A stretch of 64,000 nt of DNA from a virus, in IMG/VR virus record IMGVR_UViG_3300006931_000002, positions 32,001-96,000 of that record; one strand, 5' to 3'. Position 1 is the stretch's first letter; each line of letters begins with the position of its first letter. The translations under genes and the position numbers were made by a program. Below are positions 27,967 to 36,612 of the stretch, in pieces. The notes beneath the pieces are model-generated. The model made no database searches and was not told the origin of the DNA. It worked only from the letters and a program-made list of their open reading frames with translations.

Positions 27967-28911
27967 TCACGCGGCTTTGGTCGGGTAGACCGAGCCGGTG
28001 CGTTCCAAACGTTCCAGCCGCGTGAGTACCACGGCGGCAGGGTCGGTGACGCACGCCAACATGCCGGCGAACGCCGGATCGAGGAACAGATCGTTGAGGA
28101 TGTCGAACCAGCCGTAGCGACACATCCGCGCCAACCGTTCGAGCAATGATCGGCGGGTGCGCGAGTCGCATTCGGGGATGTCGAGATCGGCAGGCCAAAG
28201 CAGGTCGAGTAGCCAGTCGGCGTCGTCGTACGAGTCGTCCCGGTCGGCCGCGGGCAGCGGTGGGGTGGCCTCTTCGGTGCGCTGTTCGCCTCGGGTCGCG
28301 GGTGGTGGGGTGGCCTCGCGCGCACGCGCCCGCGCGGTCTGTGGTTGCGCTGGTTCAACTGCGGCGTGCTCCTTCGTCGCCCGCGACGCGAGGGGATCAT
28401 CGTTGGCGTCGCCGCCGACGAAGGAGGTGGCCGCAGTTCCCGCGCTGGCAACTGCTACGTGGTCGCCTTCGGCTCCCCATATCTCTTCTGAGTGCGCAAC
28501 CAACTTGCCGACAACTTCGGCCATTTTGTCGGTTGCTGGTTGCCGACAACTCTGCGGGACGGTGGGCAGCCGGTTGCCTGCTACCTCCGGCACGGACGCC
28601 CGGTAGAGCGCCTTCCGGCCGTTGCCTCCGCGCCGAACATGGACTAGCCATCCGGTCTTGACCAGTTGCGCCTTGTGATAGCCAACGGTCCGGTCGGGCA
28701 TGCCGGTGGCGGAAGCGATCGCGGCGTTCGACGCGGAGAGGACGCCGTCTGGCGTCATCAGTTCGGCGAGGTCGCGGGCGGTTGCTCGGAACACGCGGGC
28801 GGACGCTGGCCACTCGGCGGCACGGATGGCCCGTAGCCAGCCTGAGCGGTCTGTGGTGGGCGTGGTCTCAGTCGCCGCATGTGAGGGCTCGGAACAGCTA
28901 GAATTGGGCAC
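27967..28911 (-). CDS. wHTH replication-initiator-like protein
   Basis: SNAAIASATGMPDRTVGYHKAQLVKTGWL..RRG; internal repeats after the HTH. Confidence 0.65.
   Translation of the reverse strand: MPNSSCSEPSHAATETTPTTDRSGWLRAIRAAEWPASARVFRATARDLAELMTPDGVLSASNAAIASATGMPDRTVGYHKAQLVKTGWLVHVRRGGNGRKALYRASVPEVAGNRLPTVPQSCRQPATDKMAEVVGKLVAHSEEIWGAEGDHVAVASAGTAATSFVGGDANDDPLASRATKEHAAVEPAQPQTARARAREATPPPATRGEQRTEEATPPLPAADRDDSYDDADWLLDLLWPADLDIPECDSRTRRSLLERLARMCRYGWFDILNDLFLDPAFAGMLACVTDPAAVVLTRLERLERTGSVYPTKAA
28505..28586. repeat. iteron-like repeats
   Basis: TTGCCGACAACT at 28505 and 28540; degenerate TTGCCTGCTACC at 28574. Confidence 0.5.
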
Positions 28912-29013
28912 GTCGGCCTCGTAGTCCTCTTCGTCGGTGGTGCAGGTCGGCCCGACCCCGGCAGGCGCGCCAACGCCTCCGGGGTCATACTTTTGTCCCG
29001 ATTCTACTGGTAG

Positions 29014-29098
29014 CCGAACAGATGTGCGGTTCGCCTACCTGGGCGGGGTCACTCCTTTCCGCCGCCAGGTGACAGTCACGTTTCGAACGCATGTACGT
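29014..29098. promoter_or_regulatory. two degenerate LexA-like boxes in divergent promoter region
   Basis: CCGAAC-AGAT-GTGCGG (29014) next to a minus-strand TAGAAT -10; TCGAAC-GCAT-GTACGT (29083). Confidence 0.45.
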
Positions 29099-29208
29099 GA
29101 TCACGACGTGCCGCTACGTGACGTGTCCGTGAGAACACCTACTGACCGCTCCAGGCGGCTAGGCTGGGGGCACTGTACCGGTAAACCCGTTAACGGGAGG
29201 ACCACATC

Positions 29209-29967
29209 GTGATCAGCCGCCAAGACTCCCGCCCGGCCTACCTTCAGATCGCGGACGACCTCCGCGAGGACATCGAGTCGCGCCGACTGGCAGCCGGCGC
29301 GCAACTGCCTACCATCGCCGAGCTTGTCGAGCGGTACGACGTCGGCACGAACACTGTCGTGCGCGCCATTGGCCATCTCCGCTCGCTCGGCCTAGTGGAA
29401 TCCCGCCAGGGGATGGGCAGCTACGTGCGCGAGGTTCAGCCCTGGATCGCGATCTCGTCGGAGTGGTGGTCGCCTCCCGGCAACGGAGAGTCGGACCACT
29501 GGACGCGGGTCAACCGGGAGCACGGCCACACGGGCTCCCAGGACGTCATCTTCGTTGGCACCCGCGTGCCGCCCGAGCGGATTCGCGACGAGATGGGCCT
29601 TGGCGACGATGGCACGGCGGTTCTTCGGGACAGGGTCCTGTTCCAGGACGGCTTGCCGATGCAGCTCGCCCGTAGCTGGTTCCCGCACGCGGTGGCCGAT
29701 GGAACCCCGCTTGCCGAAAGCCGGAAGATCAAGGGTGGGACGCCGCGGATTCTCGCCGAGCTGGCCGAGCCCCCAGTGGAAGTGCGGAAGGAGACTGTCG
29801 CCCGACCGCCGACGCAGGCCGAGCGTACGGCCCTCAACCTCCCGGAGGGCATCCCGGTCCTGGACATATTGATGACCGTGGTCAACGGGTCGGGCGAGGT
29901 GATCGAGGTCGGGGAGGTCGTCGCCCGTGGCGACCGACACCGACTTCGGGATCGCCATCCCGCCTGA
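29209..29967 (+). CDS. GntR family regulator with UTRA domain (KorSA-like)
   Basis: YLQIADDLR...LPTIAELVERYDVG..TV.RA...QGMGSYV; UTRA C-terminus. Confidence 0.88.
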   Translation: MISRQDSRPAYLQIADDLREDIESRRLAAGAQLPTIAELVERYDVGTNTVVRAIGHLRSLGLVESRQGMGSYVREVQPWIAISSEWWSPPGNGESDHWTRVNREHGHTGSQDVIFVGTRVPPERIRDEMGLGDDGTAVLRDRVLFQDGLPMQLARSWFPHAVADGTPLAESRKIKGGTPRILAELAEPPVEVRKETVARPPTQAERTALNLPEGIPVLDILMTVVNGSGEVIEVGEVVARGDRHRLRDRHPA

Positions 29968-30138
29968 GCCGGAGTCGGCTGCGCGGAGCGCAACTGGCTC
30001 GTATGGGGTCTTGTGGCTTTGTGGGGTAACGGGGTAAAGTCGCGATCACGGCCTAGCGGACCCTCGGCGTCAGCCGGCAAGCATCAACGCCGAGGGTCCT
30101 AGGTCGGCCCGTTCCTGCTGTCACAGGAGGCCCGACCC

Positions 30139-30273
30139 GTGTCCCATCATCCCCTTTCCTTCGTCCCCAACCCGCCGTCCGGTCCCGCGTCCGATCCGTC
30201 CAGCCCCGACGAGGAGGCCGCCGCCGCGACCCTCGCCGAGATGCTTGGCACCGCCGAGGACACCGACCAGTGA
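30139..30273 (+). CDS. micro-ORF (44 aa)
   Basis: RBS AGGAGG, GTG start, manual translation. Confidence 0.5.
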   Translation: MSHHPLSFVPNPPSGPASDPSSPDEEAAAATLAEMLGTAEDTDQ

Positions 30274-30416
30274 GCGCCGACAAGAAGGCGACCACCCCGC
30301 CCCCCGACCCGAACACGCTTCTCCGCGAGCTGGACACCGACGGCCGGATGGGCCAGCAGGTCCGCGACCGCTTCTTCGGCCAGTCGCTCCGCGGCGGGGA
30401 AGGCGGCACCCGGTGA
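30270..30416 (+). CDS. micro-ORF (48 aa)
   Basis: GTGA-coupled at both ends. Confidence 0.5.
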   Translation: MSADKKATTPPPDPNTLLRELDTDGRMGQQVRDRFFGQSLRGGEGGTR

Positions 30417-30583
30417 GCGGCCTCGAAGGCTCGGTGGGCACCTGCTCCAACGACGGCTGCAACGGCACCGTCTGGATCGGCCCGTCGGGCTCGGAGGTTC
30501 ACGCCAACAACCAGCCCTGCCCGGCGACCGGCCAGTGGGCTGTCAACCCGAAGCTCACCGCAGCACAGGCGGCGGGCCGGTGA
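30413..30583 (+). CDS. micro-ORF (56 aa, Cys/His)
   Basis: GTCSNDGC...H...C; GTGA-coupled. Confidence 0.5.
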   Translation: MSGLEGSVGTCSNDGCNGTVWIGPSGSEVHANNQPCPATGQWAVNPKLTAAQAAGR

Positions 30584-30729
30584 CCGTCAACGACGACAAC
30601 TCACGTGAGGCTGTCGACCTCGACCCGCGGGTTCAGGTCGAAACACTGAAGGAACGGCTTGACCCGCTGGCGGCCATCCAGGAGCGGGTCGCCGAGGGTG
30701 AGAAGCGCGGGAAGGGCGGCAAGCGGTGA
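30580..30729 (+). CDS. micro-ORF (49 aa)
   Basis: GTGA-coupled. Confidence 0.5.
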   Translation: MTVNDDNSREAVDLDPRVQVETLKERLDPLAAIQERVAEGEKRGKGGKR

Positions 30730-31046
30730 CCGCCGTCTTCCCCGAGGCGGGTACCGGCTGGGACCCGTGGGCCGACTTCGACGCCTTCGAGGAACTGTTG
30801 ACCGCCACTTCCGATCCCGTCCCACCGATGCGCACCGTCGACGTTGACGGGGTGCCGATGGTCCCAGCAGCCCGGCTGGAGGCGGCGTACGCGATGGTCG
30901 CCCGGCTGGCCGACGAGAACCGCCGCCGCGTCGGTGATCTGACCATCGCCAGGTCCACGCGGCTGGTCGACGTCGAGGCCGACGCGATGGTCCTCGCGCT
31001 GGACCTGATCCGCGGGTATCTAGCCGAACCCGATGGCGACTCGTAG
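30726..31046 (+). CDS. hypothetical protein
   Basis: GTGA-coupled. Confidence 0.55.
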   Translation: MTAVFPEAGTGWDPWADFDAFEELLTATSDPVPPMRTVDVDGVPMVPAARLEAAYAMVARLADENRRRVGDLTIARSTRLVDVEADAMVLALDLIRGYLAEPDGDS

Positions 31047-31383
31047 TAGGGCGACGAAAGAGCGGATGATCGCTCAGGCTGGCGGGCTGTGCTCCTACTG
31101 TCGAGTGCAGCCCGCCGACCATCTTGACCACATCGTCCCCAGGTCCCGGGGTGGGTCGAACGCGATGTCGAACCTGACCCCGGCGTGCCACGAGTGCGGC
31201 CAGTCGAAGGCTGATCTGACCGTCCACGACTGGGCGCTGGTCCTGGCCGCTGAGATCGTCGCGGCAAGGCCGCCGACACGGCCCGCCTGGCGCTGGAACC
31301 CGCGGCGACTACGACATCTGCGGGCAAGCCACCGTGCAGCGAACCTGTCAGTGCAATCTTCGGCAAGACGAAGATGGATCTAA
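31033..31383 (+). CDS. HNH endonuclease
   Basis: CSYC...DHIVPRSRGGSN..NLTPACHEC..K. Confidence 0.85.
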   Translation: MATRSRATKERMIAQAGGLCSYCRVQPADHLDHIVPRSRGGSNAMSNLTPACHECGQSKADLTVHDWALVLAAEIVAARPPTRPAWRWNPRRLRHLRASHRAANLSVQSSARRRWI

Positions 31384-31412
31384 CAGGTTGGGGCGCGGCA
31401 TGATGTAGGGCC

Positions 31413-32924
31413 GTGCAGCCCAAGACCAACCGCGCCCTGAAACGCATCGTCATCTACTGCCGCATCTCCCAGGACCGCACAGGCGCGGGACTGGGCGTCG
31501 AACGGCAAGACGCCGCATGCAGGGAACTGCTCGCCCGGCTCGGCTTCACAGAGGCAGAGATCGCCGCCGCCGTGGTACTCATCGACAACGACATGTCTGC
31601 GACCAGGCGTCGCAAACCCCGGCCTGGCTATCGGCGCCTGCTCGAAGGGCTGCGGCAGCGCCAGTGGGATGTCCTCGCCACCTTGCACAACGACCGGCTG
31701 CTTCGGAACAACCGGGAGCTGGAAGACTTCATCGCCGTCGTCGAAGCGAACCCGCTGCGGATCGTCACCGTCCTTGCCGGCGAGTATGACCTGGCGACGG
31801 CGACGGGCAGGATGACAGCCCGCATCGTGGGCGCGGTCGCACAGAAGGAAGCCGAGCAGGAAGCCGAACGGCTTCGGGAGCAGAGAAGGCAGGCAGCCGA
31901 GATGGGGCGGCTACATGGCGGCCGGCGACCGTTCGGCTGGGGTGCAGAAGTCGGCAAAGGTACAGACGGGGCGCCGCTGATTGACCGGTCGCGGCCACAT
32001 CCACTGGAGGCGTCGCTGATCCGCGAGGCGGCGGTGGATGTGCTTCACTCCGGGACAACGTGGGGTGCGGTCGCCCGGCGCTGGAACCAGGCCGATGTTC
32101 TGACCCCGTTCGGCAACCGGTGGACCGGGCAGACGGTGATGCAGACCTTGACCGCGCCCCGGCACGCCGGCCTGACCATCATCAGACCAGACGATCCGGA
32201 CGGAGCCGTCACCTACGGCCACGCCAAGACGTCAATCATCACTCCAGAGCAGCATCATGCGCTGGTCGAGTTGACCCGCGTGCCAGCTCGTCGGGCGATC
32301 ACACCCCGCGGCCGGGTTCATCTGCTGTCGGGGATCGCGCGCTGCGGCGCTGAGAACTGTGAGATGCCTGTCCAGGTTGCCGGCACCGATCGGGCTGGCC
32401 GTCCGGTGTATGGCTGTGGGGGACGCCGCCCAGGGATTCCGCATCGTGGGCATGCGAACCGGCCGACGGCTCTGGTAGAGGAAGCGGTGACCCGGCTGGT
32501 CTGTGCTCGGCTGGCTCGCTCAGATGCGGTGATGTTGCTGACACCTGACGACGGCCCGGCGAAGATCGCGGCGGAGGAGGCTCGGCAAGTACGGGAACGA
32601 CGGAAAAGGGCCGCAGCGCGGTGGATGCTGGGCGAGTTGGACGACGACGAGTGGGCCGCGGTGAAGGCCGAGGCTGACCCGCTGTTGGCTGATTTGGAGC
32701 GGCGGGCCGCCCCACCGCCTGCCGCGCTGATCTTTGAGGGGCTTGTCGGCTTGGGATCGCTGGGGGCGACGCGGAAGGCGTGGGACGCGATCGGCGACTT
32801 GGACCGTCGCCGGACGGTTGTGGACGCGCTGCTGTGGATCACGATCCTGCCGACTGGACGGTGGGGTGTGGCCTCGACTGACGGCGGCTCGGCGGCGTGG
32901 CTGCGGTACGGCTGGAAGCTTTGA
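31413..32924 (+). CDS. int: large serine recombinase (integrase)
   Basis: IYCRIS catalytic Ser, DRLLR, PFGW recombinase domain, LLSGIARCG zinc ribbon. Confidence 0.93.
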   Translation: MQPKTNRALKRIVIYCRISQDRTGAGLGVERQDAACRELLARLGFTEAEIAAAVVLIDNDMSATRRRKPRPGYRRLLEGLRQRQWDVLATLHNDRLLRNNRELEDFIAVVEANPLRIVTVLAGEYDLATATGRMTARIVGAVAQKEAEQEAERLREQRRQAAEMGRLHGGRRPFGWGAEVGKGTDGAPLIDRSRPHPLEASLIREAAVDVLHSGTTWGAVARRWNQADVLTPFGNRWTGQTVMQTLTAPRHAGLTIIRPDDPDGAVTYGHAKTSIITPEQHHALVELTRVPARRAITPRGRVHLLSGIARCGAENCEMPVQVAGTDRAGRPVYGCGGRRPGIPHRGHANRPTALVEEAVTRLVCARLARSDAVMLLTPDDGPAKIAAEEARQVRERRKRAAARWMLGELDDDEWAAVKAEADPLLADLERRAAPPPAALIFEGLVGLGSLGATRKAWDAIGDLDRRRTVVDALLWITILPTGRWGVASTDGGSAAWLRYGWKL

Positions 32925-32982
32925 CCCCTGGCATGCTGTTGCATCTTGTGGCATGGTTCGTTCCACCAGATGCAACGGGTAG

Positions 32983-33228
32983 GTGGATGCGGTGGACGTA
33001 CCAGCAGATCGCCCTGACGTCGTGTGGGTCGAGTTTGAGCCGGGTCGGACGTTCGCGGACTTGGATGAGTGGGCAGTGGCGTCGGCGGCCCAGGCCCCTC
33101 CGCTGTCGGACGCGCAGTGTGCGCTGATCCGGTGGGCGTTCGCGCCCGCGGTGGAGGCACTGGCGAGGCAGGAGGCGGCGGCAGTTTCGGATGGACCCGC
33201 GGTGTCGGGGGTCGATCGGGCTGCGTGA
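32983..33228 (+). CDS. putative recombination directionality factor
   Basis: AAQAPPLSDAQ..LI resembles the APPLTDEQ motif of the phiRv1 RDF; adjacent to int. Confidence 0.45.
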   Translation: MDAVDVPADRPDVVWVEFEPGRTFADLDEWAVASAAQAPPLSDAQCALIRWAFAPAVEALARQEAAAVSDGPAVSGVDRAA

Positions 33229-33238
33229 CCCGCGCGAC

Positions 33239-33274
33239 TTCTACTGCGTCGTAGAGGTTCTACTGTGTCGTAGA
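33239..33274. repeat. tandem palindromic 17-mers (candidate operators)
   Basis: TTCTACTGCGTCGTAGA (33239) and TTCTACTGTGTCGTAGA (33258). Confidence 0.65.
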
Positions 33275-33541
33275 TGTTTCGGGTTGCGGAACCCTGCTCC
33301 GCTTGTCACATCAGGGCCCCAACGGGCTACTAGGGTAGTCTGATCCGACTACGTAGCGCATCACCGATCCGTCCGGATATGACCCGGGTTCCGAACACGC
33401 TGAGTAGGCCACCGAGGCGATTGGCGCAGACTGCCAGCGCGACAGGCAGACAACGGCGCGGAAAACTATCGCCCACCGTCAGTGTTGCGGCATACGGTCC
33501 GTTACCCGGAACAGGATGACCAAGCGGCCTGTGGGGGAGTC

Positions 33542-33766
33542 GTGGCGAACGACAAGTTGACCAACTGGCTGGCCAAGACGGCGCAGGCGCGAACCGACGC
33601 CGCCGAGAAGGCCCGAGCGCAGATGGCCCTCAACGACAATACGGACTGGGTTGTGGTCGCCAAATGTGCCGAGAAGATCGTCTACATCGACCGGACGATG
33701 GCCAGCCTCGACAAGGCGCTCGCGGGAAGCGACACCGACCATCCCGGCGACCGGCCCGCGGTCTAA
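33542..33766 (+). CDS. hypothetical protein
   Basis: RBS; convergent with repressor. Confidence 0.5.
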   Translation: MANDKLTNWLAKTAQARTDAAEKARAQMALNDNTDWVVVAKCAEKIVYIDRTMASLDKALAGSDTDHPGDRPAV

Positions 33767-34581
33767 CCGTCGATGTCCTCCGGGTCCAGGTCCCGCCGGC
33801 CCTCACGCAGTTTCCGCAGCGCTTCGGCGGCCTCCTCGTCGGTGGGCAGTTCGCTGTCAGGACGGGTGATGATGTGGCCGACCGACGTGACCGCATCAGG
33901 AATTCGGGAAGGCCGTCCTGGCTGGTCAGACGACCATTTCACCATCGCCTCGACCATCCGGGTTGCCGCTTCGACGGCACCGTCGCGCAGCACTTCGGGT
34001 AGTTCCTGGAGCTGGTCGACAAGCGCTCGGATCTTCGCGTCGAGAACCGGGCTGTCCTCGTCAAGGTCGCCGATCGACTGGGCGAGCAGGTGGCGAAGGT
34101 TTGCCTCGGGGATGCCCAGCCCCTTGGACAGGCCGGTGAGGCTACGGGCGTTCGGTGTCCGCTCTGGCGGGGTCCGTTCGAGCCGGAACACGGTCGACGT
34201 GGACAGCCATGGCCGGCCCTGGTCGTCTGTTCCGGCGACTTGGGCGACCTGGTCGTAGCTCATCTTCTGCCGTGTCCGTCGGTCGAAGATCTCCCGCTGG
34301 AACGGGGTTGGTGCTGGCAGGGTGCGTAGCGGCTCGTTGTCGGGGTCGCGGACGTGTTTGGCCAACGTGCCGGGCTCGATCCAGAACGACGATTCGAGCA
34401 TTTGCCAGTTGACGGCGCGGGCTTCGACGCCGTCCCGCCAGCCGTTGACGGTGTTCGGCGAGACAGGCCAGATGTTGACGAAGGCGATGTGCAGGTCTTC
34501 CATGCGGTCGCGCAGCACCCGGTAGAGGTACTGGGACTGGCCGCTGGTGAGGCTGCGCCCTGTCGGCTGGTCGGGGGACAC
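33763..34581 (-). CDS. phage immunity repressor (tandem XRE-like HTH)
   Basis: VSPNTVNGWRDG and MSYDQVA...LSTSTVFRLE...L..LSKGLGIP; divergent from early operon. Confidence 0.75.
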   Translation of the reverse strand: MSPDQPTGRSLTSGQSQYLYRVLRDRMEDLHIAFVNIWPVSPNTVNGWRDGVEARAVNWQMLESSFWIEPGTLAKHVRDPDNEPLRTLPAPTPFQREIFDRRTRQKMSYDQVAQVAGTDDQGRPWLSTSTVFRLERTPPERTPNARSLTGLSKGLGIPEANLRHLLAQSIGDLDEDSPVLDAKIRALVDQLQELPEVLRDGAVEAATRMVEAMVKWSSDQPGRPSRIPDAVTSVGHIITRPDSELPTDEEAAEALRKLREGRRDLDPEDIDG

Positions 34582-34697
34582 GGGAGCATGGTGTCACATC
34601 CCGGCTTCACTCCGGTGGGGTTGTCGGGGTTTTCTTTGTGGCACAGTCGATGCTTCGTTGCCCTTCGTTCCCGTTCGGCATCAGCCGGAGCTGAGAG

Positions 34698-34723
34698 TTG
34701 ATCGATCAAGGAACGTATGGGAA
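34698..34723 (+). promoter_or_regulatory. conserved promoter/operator copy 2
   Basis: TTGATCGATCAAGGAACGTATGGGAA, 9 nt before ATG 34733. Confidence 0.75.
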
Positions 34724-34732
34724 GATACGGAC

Positions 34733-35035
34733 ATGCCCACGAACACCCCCACACTGCTGGTTGGTGCCCGGCTGGTCCGAACGACCCGGGCGGCCGAACT
34801 ACTGGGCTGCGACCCGGTCAAGGCAGCCAAGTTGGCTGCCGACGGTCTGGCCTTTATGAAGCGCACCGCCACCGCGTACGACGACGTCGACCCGAAGCTG
34901 TACCTGGTCCCGGTGCTGCCCGCACCTGGTTCCGGCCGTCTGGGTCACGTCTTCGACGAGGCCCGGGTGCGGATCTTCGCTCGGAGCCCCCTGTGGAAGG
35001 GCTGGCTCGCCGAGCGGTCGAAGAAGGCCGCCTAG
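34733..35035 (+). CDS. Cro/excisionase-like HTH protein
   Basis: VRTTRAAELLGC...FDEARV; first gene divergent from repressor. Confidence 0.6.
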   Translation: MPTNTPTLLVGARLVRTTRAAELLGCDPVKAAKLAADGLAFMKRTATAYDDVDPKLYLVPVLPAPGSGRLGHVFDEARVRIFARSPLWKGWLAERSKKAA

Positions 35036-35119
35036 AACGTCGGACGCCCCATGCCGCGGCTACGGCAGGGAGCGTCCTGAACCCAACCCCAAGACGTCAG
35101 TACCTGATTGGAGAGGGCC

Positions 35120-35542
35120 TTGTCCGAGAGTAACCCGAGCCCGGCGGAGCGGCAGGCACACGCCCTGACCGTTGGAGCCGATCTGGCGACCCGCCTGGAC
35201 GGGATCGCCCACCTGTACGTCACCGCCGGATCGTGGACAGGCATCCCGCAGCTAGGCGTCTCCGTGTCCTACGACTGCGGCAACCCGGAGGGCCACGAGT
35301 GCCAGAAGCTGACAGCGTTCCGGGCGGCGATCGACACGCTGGGCCTGTCCGTGACCGCCGCCGGGCCTCTCGGCGAGGACGGGTTGGCGGTGCACGCCGA
35401 CCACGACCGCGACGGAACTCCCCTCCAATTCTTCGTGCATATCGGCCCTGGTGCGGCCCAGGAGGCTGCACTGTCGTGGCTGGCCGGACTGGGCTTCACG
35501 GTTGTGTGGCCCGATGCGGCTTCGCTGGCGGTGGCCGCATGA
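35120..35542 (+). CDS. hypothetical protein
   Basis: RBS GGAGAGG. Confidence 0.55.
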   Translation: MSESNPSPAERQAHALTVGADLATRLDGIAHLYVTAGSWTGIPQLGVSVSYDCGNPEGHECQKLTAFRAAIDTLGLSVTAAGPLGEDGLAVHADHDRDGTPLQFFVHIGPGAAQEAALSWLAGLGFTVVWPDAASLAVAA

Positions 35543-36612
35543 GCGCCGACTGGGTGGACACCCTGACGCCGGAGATGTTCGCCAAGTTCACCGAGCTGTA
35601 CCGCGTCTCTCAGATGTGGAAGGCGGAGGAAACCGCGCGGGGCCGATTCACGGAGGAACAGTACGACCAGCTTCTCCGTCCGATCGACCCGAAGCGGGTA
35701 CTGGTCGCCAACAGGCAGTCCCACGTCTCGCAGCAGGACGTCCGCGCTCACCTGAACCGGATCTTCGGGTTTGAAGCGTGGGACAAGGAGATCCGCGAAC
35801 TGCGCCTTGTCCGCGACGGGGTGAAGAAGAACAACGACGGCAAGGAAGTCCCAGCCGTCACCTACCTGTGCGTCATGCGGCTGACGATCCGCGACTCGCA
35901 GGGCCGGTTCGTCAAGTTCTCCGACGACGTCGGCACTGGCACAAGCCCGAACCTGCCGGACTACGGTGGCGCCCACGACTTCGCGTCGAAGAACGCCGTG
36001 TCCTACGCGCTCAAGCGCTGCGCGATCGACCTTGGCGACCAGTTCGGCCTGTCGCTGTACAACAAGGGACAGTTGGAGGCGCTGGTCCGCGGCTCGTTCG
36101 GTGACCCGCGTCGGCAGCAGGTGCCGTCAGGGGACGTCCAGGACGGCGTTCCCCAGCAGGTTTCGATGGGCGACACCGAAGGTGGCGTAGACACCGAGAC
36201 AGGGGAGATCGCCCCAGCGCCGCAGGCCCGTGTCCAGCAGGATCGCGCCGCCGAGGGCCGCACCCGTCAGATCGGTCAGAACGGCAATGGCACCCGACCG
36301 GTTCAGAGGGCCCAGCAGTCGCAGCCGGCGACGGTAGCCGAGCCGGAGGTTCCGAACGGCACCAACGTCAACGAGTGGAAGAACTACCTTCTCGCCGTCG
36401 CGGTCTACTCCGACCCGGCCCGCTACCGGAAGGACGACGGCAAGGCGAACGTCCCGAACGTCGCCACCGAGTACACGCGGTTCATGCGGGGCGGGGCGTT
36501 GAAGGACGCGACGATCGAGGACATCAAGGTGTTCGCCGCGCATCTGCTGACGGGTGCGGTGATGGCCGGACGTCACACGGTCGGCAACACCCCGGCGGGG
36601 GTGGCCGCGTGA
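35539..36612 (+). CDS. Rad52/Rad22-family (Sak) single-strand annealing protein
   Basis: DVRAHLNRIFGFEAW...AHDFASKNAVSYALKRCAIDLGDQFGLSLY. Confidence 0.88.
   Translation: MSADWVDTLTPEMFAKFTELYRVSQMWKAEETARGRFTEEQYDQLLRPIDPKRVLVANRQSHVSQQDVRAHLNRIFGFEAWDKEIRELRLVRDGVKKNNDGKEVPAVTYLCVMRLTIRDSQGRFVKFSDDVGTGTSPNLPDYGGAHDFASKNAVSYALKRCAIDLGDQFGLSLYNKGQLEALVRGSFGDPRRQQVPSGDVQDGVPQQVSMGDTEGGVDTETGEIAPAPQARVQQDRAAEGRTRQIGQNGNGTRPVQRAQQSQPATVAEPEVPNGTNVNEWKNYLLAVAVYSDPARYRKDDGKANVPNVATEYTRFMRGGALKDATIEDIKVFAAHLLTGAVMAGRHTVGNTPAGVAA

Noticed and set aside
33239-33275. Resemblance of TTCTACTGTGTCGTAGAT to the Cas12a crRNA handle / mini-CRISPR
   Set aside because: Only two copies with no spacer, lacks the 5' AATT needed for the pseudoknot, no cas genes; operator or chance explanation preferred
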